Source: Candidatus Nomurabacteria bacterium CG1_02_43_90 | GTDB lineage: Bacteria; Patescibacteriota; Minisyncoccia; Phycocordibacterales; UBA1550 | NCBI GenBank assembly: GCA_001871765.1 | Contig: MNVN01000015.1 | Coordinates: forward strand, 52,543 to 116,542 | Length of the DNA stretch: 64,000 nucleotides | Direction of reading: 5' to 3' | Shown here: positions 28,213 to 40,117 of the stretch, piece by piece | Layout of the letters: the number at the start of each line of letters is the position of its first letter | How positions within the stretch are numbered: the first letter of the stretch is position 1 | Made by a program: the position numbers and the translations under genes | Notes under the pieces: generated by a model | Told to the model about the DNA's origin: nothing | The model's database searches: none | What the model saw: the letters and a program-made list of their open reading frames with translations, nothing else

Positions 28213-28668
28213 ATGACATTACACGAACAAATTAAAAGTGAAGTTAAGGTAGCTATGATGGCAAAAGACGCAGTACGCCTATCAGTGGTGCGTAATATGA
28301 TTTCCTCGTTTACCAATCAACTTGTAGCAACCGGCAAAACTCCGCAAGATCTTCTTGATGATGCAGGGGTTCTCAAGGTCATCAAACGCCTTGCAAACCA
28401 ACGCAAAGACTCAATGGAGCAATTCATTGCAGGTGGTCGCCCCGAGCTCGCAGAAGGAGAAAGGGCAGAATTAGCAATTCTCGAGATATACCTCCCTACT
28501 CTCATGTCTCGTGAAGAAATTAAAGTGGTCGCACTTGCAAAAAAAGAAGCGCTTGGCGTTACAGATAAGGCAAAAGCAGGTCAACTCACGGGTGCTATTA
28601 TGAAAGACCTCGCAGGGAAAGCTGACGGTGGAGACGTGAAAGCAGTGGTGGATGAGCTGTTTATTTAA
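28213..28668 (+). CDS. yqeY: GatB/YqeY domain protein
   Basis: LHEQIKSEVKVAMMAKDAVRLSVVRNMIS... and C-terminal GQLTGAIMKDL typical of YqeY. Confidence 0.75.
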   Translation: MTLHEQIKSEVKVAMMAKDAVRLSVVRNMISSFTNQLVATGKTPQDLLDDAGVLKVIKRLANQRKDSMEQFIAGGRPELAEGERAELAILEIYLPTLMSREEIKVVALAKKEALGVTDKAKAGQLTGAIMKDLAGKADGGDVKAVVDELFI

Positions 28669-29962
28669 TTTTCCCCCTCAATTGCCGGTGGTACCCTATT
28701 GCAAAACGATGGGCCTCACTGTTGGCGAGGAGGATAGATCTTTTAAAATTACTAAGGTCCGCCCTTAATTTCAGATTCTCAAGGGCAGGTCTTGCAATTT
28801 TCCCGCTCAGAATTTCTTTTGGCTTGTGGTGCTCATCTTTTACCACACCAACTACGGGAATAGCTATCCCCTGTTCGGTAAAGATTTTTTCTGCAGTATG
28901 TATTTGTGCTGTTCCTCCGTCTACTACCACTAGGTCAGGCAGACACCATTCAGAGTGAGCAAGTCTGCGCTCGAGTACCTCACGAAGCGATGCATTGTCG
29001 TCGTTCGTACTTGTCTTAATCTTGAATTTTCGATAATCACTCTTTTTGGGTTCGCCATCTTCTAACACAACCATTACCCCGACAGTATTGGTACCAGAAA
29101 TATGCGCGACGTCATAGGCTTCGATACGGTAGGTTTCTTCACCAAGAGCAGCCCTTGGTTCAATCGCGTAAGTACGCAAGAAGTTCTCTTTTATGAGGGC
29201 AACATCCTGAATATGATTGAGTGCAAAAATTGTTTTTTTAATACGCGTAGCATCCTCAAACTGTAATTTCTTTGCCGCGGATTTCATATCGCGCTCAAGC
29301 GAACGTATAAGGGGTTTTTTCTTTCCTTCAAAAAACAACGTAATGTGGCGAATTATTTTTGCGTACTCTGCTTTTGAGATAGTGCCCGCGCACACCCCCG
29401 GACAAAGATTAATTTGTGCATTGAAGCAGGGTTTGCATTTTCTTGTCGGTTGTATGCAAGGCGTACATTTGTCACGAAACGGAAAAATCTTTCGGACGAT
29501 GGCGAGCGCCTCGCGCAAGACACTTCCTTTAGGAAAAGGGCCGAATACAGCTTTTGGAGGTAAGGTTTTAGGTTTTAGATCAGCCCCACCTAACTCGCGT
29601 CCACGCATCGTTATGACACGGGGAAATTCTTCACTGGTGATTACTACGTAGTTGAAACTTTTATTGTCCTTTTCTTTAGTGTTATAGGGTGGTTGATATT
29701 TTTTAATCAACGATGCTTCGAGAATAAGTGCTTCAATCACCGAATCCGTTTCAATATAATCAACAGAGGTTGCAGACTCAATCATACCCACGAGAAGTGG
29801 TCCGCGGGTTTCCATAAGGTCATGACGAAGATAGCTCATCACACGAGTCCGTAAAGAAGTTGCCTTCCCTATATAAATAGGTTTTCTTTTTTTATTACGA
29901 AAGATATATATTCCTGGTGTTTGGGGAAATTTTTTAACGATTTGTTCTATTGACATATTCAT
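28661..29962 (-). CDS. uvrC: excinuclease ABC subunit C, short form (GIY-YIG + Cys-rich + RNase H-like endonuclease domain, no C-terminal HhH2)
   Basis: PGIYIFRNKKRKPIYIGKATSLRTRVMSY GIY-YIG, UvrC Cys cluster CKPCFNAQINLCPGVCAG, C-terminal VVDGGTAQIH endonuclease motif. Confidence 0.8.
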   Translation of the reverse strand: MNMSIEQIVKKFPQTPGIYIFRNKKRKPIYIGKATSLRTRVMSYLRHDLMETRGPLLVGMIESATSVDYIETDSVIEALILEASLIKKYQPPYNTKEKDNKSFNYVVITSEEFPRVITMRGRELGGADLKPKTLPPKAVFGPFPKGSVLREALAIVRKIFPFRDKCTPCIQPTRKCKPCFNAQINLCPGVCAGTISKAEYAKIIRHITLFFEGKKKPLIRSLERDMKSAAKKLQFEDATRIKKTIFALNHIQDVALIKENFLRTYAIEPRAALGEETYRIEAYDVAHISGTNTVGVMVVLEDGEPKKSDYRKFKIKTSTNDDNASLREVLERRLAHSEWCLPDLVVVDGGTAQIHTAEKIFTEQGIAIPVVGVVKDEHHKPKEILSGKIARPALENLKLRADLSNFKRSILLANSEAHRFAIGYHRQLRGKIK

Positions 29963-30025
29963 CTATTCGCTATACAATAACACAATTTTGCACCTTTAAT
30001 CAACTAAATAAACGGGGGTGTATCA

Positions 30026-30597
30026 TGGCAACAAGATATCCGCTAGTCCTCAGTCAGCGAGTTCCTTTCTCTGTGCTCTTTCCGGGAGTTGCAAGCGTTA
30101 TTGAATGTGAGCTTATGTTGAAATTCAAGCTCTTGCAATGCGGATTTTTGAGAGGACTCCTTTCTCATTGTACGGAAAAATTAACACGAGATATTGTTTT
30201 AATTCCTGAAAATATTGTACGTCCTTCAACAATAAGGGAAAAGCGCACTTTTTGTCTTTATGACCCAGGGCGTATAACTCCCTATCTCATACTCAGCGAC
30301 AGTGAAGGGGTATTTAGTCAAGGGAAGATCCGCAGGTTCGTCGTTGCCTGGTACAATTTTGTCACTGCATTCCGTGATGAGCACATCGCACGGATCGCAT
30401 ACCCTTCTTTATTTGAGTTTGTCCGCAGTCAGGTTTTGTGCAGGGAGAAAATCCCCTGCACGCTCGATGATCAAGACATTGCGCAAATTGTAATGCTCCT
30501 TGTGAAAGAAACCTCACTGCTCTATAAAGGTAATCGGTGGGTTTCGAACAACGCAGACACTGCAAAAACATTTGGTCGTTGGTTCACCAAGGATTAA
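30026..30597 (+). CDS. hypothetical protein (190 aa from ATG 30026; ORF opens at 29950) embedded on opposite strand between uvrC and uvrA
   Basis: GGGGGTG RBS 5 nt upstream of ATG 30026; no competing ORF on minus strand; no recognised motif. Confidence 0.5.
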
Positions 30598-30637
30598 CTT
30601 TTTATGCAAATTTCATGGGCACTGCCTCGCGCGGTGC

Positions 30638-33229
30638 CTATTTTCTTTTTAATACTTTCTTTAAATATTTCCCTGTATGAGATTTGGTACTTGCGGCGAT
30701 TTGTTCAGGAGTACCCCGTGCCACAACTTGTCCACCGCCTTCCCCACCCTCGGGTCCAATATCCAGCACATAGTCAGCACTCTTGATAACATCCATATTG
30801 TGCTCGATGAGGAGAACACTATTGCCTTTGTCGACAAGCTTTTGTAGTATTTCAATAAGTTTGCGTACATCTTCATAGTGGAGTCCCACCGTAGGTTCGT
30901 CCAGAAGATAGATAGTTTTTTCGACATTAGGGCGATAGAGCTCTGACGAAATTTTTACGCGTTGAGCTTCTCCCCCAGAAAGCGTCGTAGCTGACTGCCC
31001 AAGTTTCAAGTATTCAAGCCCCACGTCACAGAGTGTCTTTAAGCGATCATAGATAGCCGGAATATCTTCAAAAAAAGTAAGCGCTTCTTCGACGGTCATT
31101 TCGAGTACCTCATAGATATTTTTCTTTTTGTATTTTACTTCGAGGGTATCCTTTCCAAAACGTTTTCCACGACAAACATCACAGGTCACATATACGGTGG
31201 GCAAAAAGTGCATCTCGACAGCGATAGTGCCATTTCCTTGGCAGGTTTCGCAACGCCCTCCTTTGACATTAAAAGAGAACCGCCCAGGACCCCATCCGCG
31301 CAAGCGGGCTTCTGCGGTTTCCGCAAAGAGATCACGTATAAAAGTAAACGAACCTGTGTAGGTAGCAGGGTTAGAACGAGGGGTCCGTCCAATGGGCGAT
31401 TGATCAATGAGAATGGTGCGCGAAAGATATTCTGTCCCCGTAAAACTTTCACAATTATAAATGTCATTCGTGCGATACTTGTGTTCGAGTCGCGCTTGTA
31501 AGTTTTTATGCACGAGCTCGTACATAAAAGTAGACTTGCCTGACCCTGAAACTCCCGTAATAGCCACAAGCTTTCCCAACGGGATATCTGCATCTAAATG
31601 CTTAATGTTAAAAACATTACCTTCACGAATACGTAAATGCCCTTTGTCTGTATCACGTCGTGGTGGTGTAGGAACCGATACATCTCCCCTCAAATAGTCA
31701 AGGGTAAGTGACTTGTATTTTTTAGTATTCGTAATCAGCTCATCAAGTTCTCCCGCAACGACAATATTCCCGCCATGTACGCCCGCCCCTGGACCGATAT
31801 CTACCATATAGTCTGCAGCAAAAATAGTATCCTCGTCATGCTCTACGACAATAATCGTATTCCCCATATCACGAAGATCCTTGAGTGTTTTGATGAGGCG
31901 GTCATTATCACGCTGATGAAGTCCAATGGTTGGCTCATCAAGAACGTAGAGTGCTCCTACGAGGCGTGAGCCAAGCTGGGACGCAAGGCGAATACGCTGT
32001 GCTTCACCGCCAGAGAGCGTTGTAGCGCGCCGACTGAGGGTCAAATAGTTTAGCCCGACTTCGAGCATGAAGGTAAGGCGGCTTTGAATTTCTTTTACCA
32101 CAGGTACGGAAATATCTTTGTCGCGGGCAGAAATGTTTAACTGCGCAAAAAAGTCTGACGCTTCTTGTATCGACATGTCTACCAACTCCACGATATTTTT
32201 TCCATCCACAAGTACGCTCAATGCCTCTTTGCGCAAGCGCGCACCTTCGCAATCAGGGCAATCTTCTTTTCCAAAGAAATGTTTTGTGCCGAGCCCATTA
32301 CAAAGCGGACACGCACCGTAGGGTGAGTTGAAGGAGAAAAGCCTTGGCTCGATTTCAGGATAGGAAAAGCCATCATTTGGACACGCAAAGCGATTGGACA
32401 TAATCATATCTTTGGTGTCACTTCCCTCTTTATTAAAAATAATACGCACGAGGCTTTCTGTTTCGCTGATTGCTTTTTCCACTGCTTCACCAAGACGTTC
32501 ACGCCCTTTTTCATTTTTACCCCTAAAATCAGCGAGCAAAATTTCATCGACAAGAACATCAATCTCGTGCTTCTTTGTTTTTGAAAGAACAATCTGTTCG
32601 CGGAGATTTTTCATTTCACCATCCACCCGCACCATAAGGTAACCTTTGCCCAAGAGGTCGTAGAGGAGCTGATAGTACTCACCTTTTCGTCCGCGCACGA
32701 GTGGTGCAAAAATACGAATCGAGGTAGCCTTTTTCCCCTGAGGACTATTCACTTCGGCCATAATGAAATTCAAAATTTCTTCAGTACCTAAACGTTTGAT
32801 CTCTTCACCACACACCAAACAATGTGGTTTTCCAATACGCGCATAGAGAACACGCAGGTAATCATATACCTCAGTGATCGTAGCGACGGTTGAGCGTGGG
32901 TTTGAGGAATGAGATTTTTGGTCAATAGAAATAGACGGCGAGAGTCCCGTAATTTCATCCACATCGGGCTTCTGCATTTGGTTTAAAAATTGTCGCGCAT
33001 ACGCAGAGAGGGACTCCACGTAGCGCCGTTGTCCTTCAGCAAAAATGGTATCAAAAGCAAGCGAAGACTTCCCCGAGCCAGAAAGTCCGGTAAATACAAT
33101 CATCTTGTCGCGAGGTATCTCTAAGCTGATATTCTTCAAATTGTGCGTACGCGCCCCGCGGACAGTGATTTTTTCTATTGCTTTCGAACCAGCTGGTTCG
33201 CGGCTTGACCGTAGACTTTGTTGCTTCAT
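30638..33229 (-). CDS. uvrA: excinuclease ABC subunit A
   Basis: Two ABC modules ([15 protein letters not shown] and [13 protein letters not shown] Walker A; LSGGEAQR signatures twice), zinc-finger Cys pairs. Confidence 0.95.
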   Translation of the reverse strand: MKQQSLRSSREPAGSKAIEKITVRGARTHNLKNISLEIPRDKMIVFTGLSGSGKSSLAFDTIFAEGQRRYVESLSAYARQFLNQMQKPDVDEITGLSPSISIDQKSHSSNPRSTVATITEVYDYLRVLYARIGKPHCLVCGEEIKRLGTEEILNFIMAEVNSPQGKKATSIRIFAPLVRGRKGEYYQLLYDLLGKGYLMVRVDGEMKNLREQIVLSKTKKHEIDVLVDEILLADFRGKNEKGRERLGEAVEKAISETESLVRIIFNKEGSDTKDMIMSNRFACPNDGFSYPEIEPRLFSFNSPYGACPLCNGLGTKHFFGKEDCPDCEGARLRKEALSVLVDGKNIVELVDMSIQEASDFFAQLNISARDKDISVPVVKEIQSRLTFMLEVGLNYLTLSRRATTLSGGEAQRIRLASQLGSRLVGALYVLDEPTIGLHQRDNDRLIKTLKDLRDMGNTIIVVEHDEDTIFAADYMVDIGPGAGVHGGNIVVAGELDELITNTKKYKSLTLDYLRGDVSVPTPPRRDTDKGHLRIREGNVFNIKHLDADIPLGKLVAITGVSGSGKSTFMYELVHKNLQARLEHKYRTNDIYNCESFTGTEYLSRTILIDQSPIGRTPRSNPATYTGSFTFIRDLFAETAEARLRGWGPGRFSFNVKGGRCETCQGNGTIAVEMHFLPTVYVTCDVCRGKRFGKDTLEVKYKKKNIYEVLEMTVEEALTFFEDIPAIYDRLKTLCDVGLEYLKLGQSATTLSGGEAQRVKISSELYRPNVEKTIYLLDEPTVGLHYEDVRKLIEILQKLVDKGNSVLLIEHNMDVIKSADYVLDIGPEGGEGGGQVVARGTPEQIAASTKSHTGKYLKKVLKRK

Positions 33230-33321
33230 AGGTCAGTAAAAAATACCACGAAATGGGTATATCGGCAAGCAACAAAAAACCGCCTCGAATTAAGTCGTGG
33301 CGGTGTAAAAACTAGGAATAC

Positions 33322-33519
33322 TCAATTCTGAAGACTTAATAGTCCAGAAAATTTATGAGGGTATTTATTCCAGAAATTTATAAGGTTATTAACCAGCGCA
33401 GTCACGGATTCGGCTTGGATGTTTGTAGGGCAAGACTGTTCATAGTTTGCCCACATCTCTTGAACCTCTCGACGATTGTCGCGGATAACTTTCATAAATT
33501 TTAAAAAACTATCTAACAC
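33322..33519 (-). CDS. hypothetical small protein (65 aa) between uvrB and uvrA
   Basis: ORF followed on minus strand by hairpin caccgcc..ggcggtg plus TTTTTTG (33266-33300). Confidence 0.3.
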   Translation of the reverse strand: MLDSFLKFMKVIRDNRREVQEMWANYEQSCPTNIQAESVTALVNNLINFWNKYPHKFSGLLSLQN

Positions 33520-33656
33520 ATCTTGTACTTGAAGATGCAGGAAGACCCAAGATATGCATATGGATTATTGTACTGACGTGCCTTGTGTCCCAGTGTGCTC
33601 GCTCATTTTTAGATACGAATATATTATGTATTACCTATTCTGAACAGCAAAACAAA

Positions 33657-35681
33657 TTACTTCACCAGCTGTTCTCGCAATAGCACAATCTCATCTCTCA
33701 AAATCGCTGCGGTCTCAAAGTCGAGTTCTTTTACCGCTTTCGACATCTCTTTCTCTTTCAACTTCAAAAGTTTTTGAGGATTTTTTGCAAAAATTTGCGC
33801 ATCAATACCAAGGTTCATTTTTACCGCTTTCATATGGTCTGTCTCGAGGTGTTCGGTAATATCCTTAATTTGTTTGATAATCGTTTTTGGTGTAATGCCA
33901 TGCTCTTTATTATAGGCAACTTGGATAGCGCGACGACGATTCGTTTCACCTACCGCCCTCTCAATAGAGCCTGTAATCGTTTCTGCGTAGAGAATAACGC
34001 GCCCCTCAGCATTACGCGCCGCACGACCAATCGTTTGAATGAGCGCAGTATCAGAACGCAGAAAGCCCTCCTTGTCGGCATCGAGGATACCGATGAGGGT
34101 GACCTCGGGAAGATCCAATCCTTCACGAAGAAGGTTTACACCGACCAAGCAGTCAAAGGTTCCCCGACGAAACTCAGTGAGGATTTGAATACGTTCAATT
34201 GTTTTTATATCACTATGCAGATACTCCGCCTTAATCCCCTTTTCTTTTAAATATTGAGAAAGGTCTTCGGCCATCTTTTTGGTGAGCGTGGTCGCGATGA
34301 CCCGCCCGCCCTTCTTAACGGCTTGTAATGTCTCCGCGATAAAATCTTGGATTTGACCTCCATATTTTCCTTTTTCTAAAATAGGGCGGATAGAGATCTC
34401 AGGATCAATAAGTCCGGTTGGGCGAATCACTTGTTCTACGACTTGTTCGCTATTTTCTTTTTCATACGTGGAAGGAGTTGCCGAAGTAAAAATCATCTGC
34501 CCTACACGCTCATGAAATTCCTCTGCACGAAGCGGTCGGTTATCTATAGCGCTTGGTAGCCGAAAACCGAACTCGACAAGTGTCTTTTTGCGGGATTGAT
34601 CACCTGCATACATTCCGCCGATTTGGGGAATCGTTACGTGGGACTCATCAATAACGGTTAGGAAGTCCGGCTTCCCGTCTTTTGTTTTGGGAAAATAAGA
34701 GAGGAGCGTGTCAGGAGCCGAACCTGCTTTGCGTCCTGCCATATGACGAGAATAATTTTCTATACCACTACAGTAGCCCACCTCGCGCATCATTGCGACA
34801 TCATACGTTGTTCGTCGACTAATGCGTTCCGCTTCAAGTAATTTCCCTTCTTTTTCAAATTTTTTGAGTTGAGTCGCGAGCTCTGTTTTGATGGCTTTAA
34901 TTGCACGGTCTTTTTCTGCTTTGTTGGTAATGAAATGCTTTGCAGGAAAAATAAAAATAGATGACGGAGTATCGGTAATTTTTTGTGAGACAGGATCGAC
35001 TTTGTTGATGGACGCTATTCCTAGCATATCCATGGTGATGCTCCACGCAATTTTTTCTGACACAGGCATAATCTCAATAAGTGCGCCGATAGAGCGAAAT
35101 GTGCCGGGGGTAAGATCCACGTTAGTGCGCGTAAAGTGAATAGCAATGAGATTTTGCATAAGTGTCTTACGGTCAATTTTTTGACCTACAAAAAGTTTCA
35201 TATTTTTTTCCTCGTATTCTTTAGGACTCCCCAAGCCATAGATACACGAAACAGAGGCGACAATAATGACGTCCTTGCGTGTAAGGAGTGCTTGTGTGGA
35301 CGCATGACGAAGACGATCGATTTCTTCGTTAATCTGGGCGTCTTTTTCTATATAGGTATCAGTTGTTGGCATGTACGCCTCTGGCTGATAATAGTCATAG
35401 TACGAAACAAAATAGTGCACGGCATTGTCGGGGAAAAATTCTTTATATTCTTGAGCAAGCTGAGCAGCGAGAGTTTTGTTGTGTGCAATCACCAGTGTCG
35501 GCTTCCCGACCGAAGCAATGACATTCGCCATCGTAAACGTTTTTCCTGAGCCGGTCACCCCAAGCAAGGTCTGCGCGCGCATACCTTTTTTGAGTCCTGT
35601 CAAAAGCTCTTTAATTGCCTTTGGCTGATCGCCTGCTGGTGGCCAATCTGATTTTAGATTAAATACAGACATGCTTGACAA
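33657..35681 (-). CDS. uvrB: excinuclease ABC subunit B
   Basis: Helicase motifs GVTGSGKTF, beta-hairpin region YYDYYQPEAY, C-terminal UVR domain. Confidence 0.95.
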   Translation of the reverse strand: MSSMSVFNLKSDWPPAGDQPKAIKELLTGLKKGMRAQTLLGVTGSGKTFTMANVIASVGKPTLVIAHNKTLAAQLAQEYKEFFPDNAVHYFVSYYDYYQPEAYMPTTDTYIEKDAQINEEIDRLRHASTQALLTRKDVIIVASVSCIYGLGSPKEYEEKNMKLFVGQKIDRKTLMQNLIAIHFTRTNVDLTPGTFRSIGALIEIMPVSEKIAWSITMDMLGIASINKVDPVSQKITDTPSSIFIFPAKHFITNKAEKDRAIKAIKTELATQLKKFEKEGKLLEAERISRRTTYDVAMMREVGYCSGIENYSRHMAGRKAGSAPDTLLSYFPKTKDGKPDFLTVIDESHVTIPQIGGMYAGDQSRKKTLVEFGFRLPSAIDNRPLRAEEFHERVGQMIFTSATPSTYEKENSEQVVEQVIRPTGLIDPEISIRPILEKGKYGGQIQDFIAETLQAVKKGGRVIATTLTKKMAEDLSQYLKEKGIKAEYLHSDIKTIERIQILTEFRRGTFDCLVGVNLLREGLDLPEVTLIGILDADKEGFLRSDTALIQTIGRAARNAEGRVILYAETITGSIERAVGETNRRRAIQVAYNKEHGITPKTIIKQIKDITEHLETDHMKAVKMNLGIDAQIFAKNPQKLLKLKEKEMSKAVKELDFETAAILRDEIVLLREQLVK

Positions 35682-35863
35682 TATACCACAAAATAGTAGT
35701 TTTGTGGAGGATCTATTTTACTATAACTTAAGGAGAGACAGTATGGTTGGAAAATCGGAGTGATAGGATTCATCGGGATCCATTTCGGAGTATTCCCTGT
35801 TTTCTATTAGTTCTAAAGGAGTAGCAGATTAAATGGGTTCTATCCTATAACGGCCGGCGATTT

Positions 35864-37096
<1,233 letters not shown>

Positions 37097-37230
37097 TTAA
37101 CATATTTAATCTTTACCGTTACTCTTGGGGATTTCTGAAACGAATACGCATTGACACTGTCAAAGCAAATCGGTAGCATATTCTATAGATATGCTCACTA
37201 ACAACATCGACTCCACGTCGCAGAACCATT

Positions 37231-37557
37231 GTGCTCACTCACCACCCAAGAGAAATCCAAGAACGATTCGGGGGTACGGTTTGCACGAGCGACAACATAG
37301 GCGAAGTTGTCGAATTATCTAAAGAAAGAGATGTCTATATCTTAGGAGGACAGAGTGTTTTTGAACAGTTTATGTCCCGACCTGAGTTAAGGACATTATA
37401 CGTAACACATGTACACGATAACCTCACCGGCCCTCGTGGTGATAGATTTTTCCCACATTTTTCCGAAGATCGCTGGAGCAAGATAAAAGCTGAGTTTCAT
37501 GCACAGGGTCCACAAAATACGCATGCCCTTAGTTTTGAAGTATGGATTCGTAAGTAA
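37231..37557 (+). pseudogene. dihydrofolate reductase paralog fragment (C-terminal two-fifths only, GTG-initiated ORF)
   Basis: VYILGGQSVFEQFM ... LYVTHVHDNLTGPRGDRFFPHF ... ALSFEVW aligns to residues about 70-167 of DHFR. No in-frame ATG; upstream frame closed at 37186 with no N-terminal NADPH/folate-binding half. Confidence 0.6.
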
Positions 37558-37709
37558 AATTTATTGAAAGAACCTCAGCTTCTTGCTCCTGAGGTTTTCT
37601 TTTGTAAAAAATATACTCGCGAAAAGGTCTTGCTAAAACAAAAAAATACTGGTAGTGTGCAAAAGGGTAAAATCTGTCAAGAAATTAAACAAACGAGTTA
37701 GGAGAAGCA

Positions 37710-38213
37710 ATGTCGATTATAATTATCTGTGCAGTTGGTACGAATTGGGTTACGGGCAAAGCAGGAAAGCTTCCTTGGGGAAAAACTATCTCTGCAGATA
37801 TGGAACACTTTCGTAAAAAGACCCTTGGTAAGACGATTGTTATGGGGAGAAAAACATGGGAATCAATAGGTGGAAAAGCACTCCCTCGACGCAATAATAT
37901 TGTGATGACTCGTGAGAAAAACTTCACCGCATCTGAGGCACACATAGCAAGTAATACAAGGGCGATCCTTGAAATCGCAAAGGAACAAGATGTTTTTGTC
38001 ATTGGCGGAAGTGAAATCTACGCAGAACTCCTTCCTTATGCAACACAAATGTTTATTACGATTGTTGAGGGTGTTTTTGAGGGAGATACGTTCTTTCCCG
38101 AATACGACCAACATGGATGGGAAGAAGTTCGAGTAAAAACTATCCGACGTGGACCCACGACTCCTTACGTACTCCGTATCGTAGAGTACATCCGCATTTC
38201 TCCACCGGCATAA
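37710..38213 (+). CDS. folA: dihydrofolate reductase
   Basis: IIICAVGTNWVTGKAGKLPW, VMGRKTWESIG, VFVIGGSEIYAELLP, EGDTFFPEY full-length DHFR motifs. Confidence 0.9.
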   Translation: MSIIIICAVGTNWVTGKAGKLPWGKTISADMEHFRKKTLGKTIVMGRKTWESIGGKALPRRNNIVMTREKNFTASEAHIASNTRAILEIAKEQDVFVIGGSEIYAELLPYATQMFITIVEGVFEGDTFFPEYDQHGWEEVRVKTIRRGPTTPYVLRIVEYIRISPPA

Positions 38214-38232
38214 ACATAAATATGTTATCATC

Positions 38233-38261
38233 AAAAAGCCCCGCTTGCGCGGGGCTTTTTT
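38233..38261. terminator. bidirectional intrinsic terminator after folA / ROK kinase
   Basis: aaaaagccccgc-ttgc-gcggggcttttttc. Confidence 0.8.
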
Positions 38262-38278
38262 CTATAAAAATCTATGCA

Positions 38279-39112
38279 TTAGTAGTGCGTACGCGCATAC
38301 GCAAGTGATCCATAGAGCCCGCCAAAGTCAGCAAGCTCTGCCTTTTCAATAAGAGGAAGTTCTGGAAATATTTTTAAAATATTGGCAAGATATTTTTTGA
38401 CTGCGGGGACAGGTATTCCGACCTCACGCATCATAGATCCACCAAGCACAACAATATCGGGAGACCAGTATACGATAGTATTGTTCAAGCCGTAGGCAAG
38501 AAATTTTGCAAGTTCATCCCACACTGCGTCATCATGGATTTCATAAGGCTTTTTCCCAAAGCGTTTTTCGACGGAAGTTCCTGAGACGTATGCTTCAAGG
38601 TCATTTCCGTCACACGCTGGACAAAGGCTATTGTCAGGATCAATGATCTGATGACCTGGCTCAAAACCAAAAGACGAATTATCAATCTCACCGTCAACGA
38701 TACGAACTCCGCCAACACCCGTGCTTATAGTGAGGTATACCACAATAGACTTACCCTTCCCTGCCCCAAAATGCGCCTCTCCGAGTCCAACCATCGCAGC
38801 ATCATTCTCTATCTGTACAGGTACCTGGTACGCTTCCTGGAGGGCATTCTTGAGGTTAAAGCCTACCCAGCCACTCAAATTTGGGCTTCGCACGAGCATC
38901 GTCTTTTCTTTGTTGATAGGACCAGCAATACCCCCCACAACCGCGTCAATAATGCCCCCATTTGTAAGGTTGTTGACAATCCGTTTGAGGGTCTCGATGC
39001 CATCATGAACATCTTTTGGTGTTGAAACGACGACAGGGTCACTCAAAAACTTTTCTTTGTCTGCTGCAACGACACGCATTTTTGTCCCCCCAATATCAAA
39101 AAGAATATACAT
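38279..39112 (-). CDS. ROK family sugar kinase (glucokinase-like)
   Basis: N-terminal FDIGGTKMRV ATP site, ROK zinc motif HQIIDPDNSLCPACDGNDLEAYVSG. Confidence 0.8.
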   Translation of the reverse strand: MYILFDIGGTKMRVVAADKEKFLSDPVVVSTPKDVHDGIETLKRIVNNLTNGGIIDAVVGGIAGPINKEKTMLVRSPNLSGWVGFNLKNALQEAYQVPVQIENDAAMVGLGEAHFGAGKGKSIVVYLTISTGVGGVRIVDGEIDNSSFGFEPGHQIIDPDNSLCPACDGNDLEAYVSGTSVEKRFGKKPYEIHDDAVWDELAKFLAYGLNNTIVYWSPDIVVLGGSMMREVGIPVPAVKKYLANILKIFPELPLIEKAELADFGGLYGSLAYARTHY

Positions 39113-39162
39113 GCTCTCTATGGTATCAGATGATGGATAAAAAGCAAAAATGAACCCTCTTT

Positions 39163-39196
39163 TTATAAAAAGAACCGCACTTTTGGTACGGTTCTA
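39163..39196 (-). terminator. intrinsic terminator downstream of SDR gene
   Basis: agaaccg-cacttttggta-cggttct preceded on plus strand by A-run (T-run on minus). Confidence 0.6.
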
Positions 39197-39225
39197 GTTT
39201 CTTTCTTGAGAAATATAGAAGATAA

Positions 39226-39999
39226 CTATCTATATCCCCCATCAATCATGAAGTTCTGCCCATACGCGTACGAGCCACCCGAACCAACAATGAACGCAAC
39301 GAATGTTGCAATCTCTGAAGGTTCAGCAAACCGACCGCTCCAAATCCTGCTCATTTCTTTTGCGCGCTCATCTTCGGGAAGAGTATCGTTCATCGAGGTG
39401 TTGATCCACCCTGGAGCGACGCCGTTGATACGAATACCAAAGGGGGCATATTTCTCAGCAACAATGCGCATCATCATTGCTTGGGCTGCTTTTGACGCAT
39501 CATAATGTGCAGAAATTTCAGATTGAGAGTTAATGCCATTTGTCGAAGTAATAAGCACTATCGAGCCAGGGACCTTTTTCTCTTTCATTCGTTCTGCAAT
39601 CGCCCGCGTTGAAATGAAGCATCCATGAACATTGACATCAAATATGTTACGCCAGCCATCTTTACCGTCAAGTGTTTGCTCTTCAAGGGGGATGTTTGGC
39701 GAAATGCCAATTGAATTCACTGCGACCGAAATTTCTTCGCCATTCGCGTTAACCGCATTCTCAAGAAACTGCTTGAAGGAAGGTTCGTTGAGTTGATCAA
39801 CGGGTTCAAAATAGACCTTCACCCCAAGACCCACAAGTTCTCGAGCAAGACTTTCAGCCTTTGCTTTGTTCCCGCCGTAAGTGAAGCTTATTGCCTTTGC
39901 TCCATTGGCAACAAGGGCCTTCACAATCTCAGAACCAATTCCACCACTTCCACCAAGTACTAACGCATGCCCTGATAATTTTGAGATATATTTTTCCAT
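39226..39999 (-). CDS. short-chain dehydrogenase/reductase family oxidoreductase
   Basis: GGSGGIGSEIVKAL Rossmann motif, catalytic YDASKAAQ (YxxxK), NAG-like segment. Confidence 0.8.
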   Translation of the reverse strand: MEKYISKLSGHALVLGGSGGIGSEIVKALVANGAKAISFTYGGNKAKAESLARELVGLGVKVYFEPVDQLNEPSFKQFLENAVNANGEEISVAVNSIGISPNIPLEEQTLDGKDGWRNIFDVNVHGCFISTRAIAERMKEKKVPGSIVLITSTNGINSQSEISAHYDASKAAQAMMMRIVAEKYAPFGIRINGVAPGWINTSMNDTLPEDERAKEMSRIWSGRFAEPSEIATFVAFIVGSGGSYAYGQNFMIDGGYR

Positions 40000-40117
40000 G
40001 ATTTTTCCTTTGTAATTTACAATCTTTTTTAATTGTACACCATTTCCAGTGTTTTGTCAAAACCAACTCAATACCGCACTACCAAAACTTTTAACCGTAC
40101 TTTTTTCTTTGGTAGTT

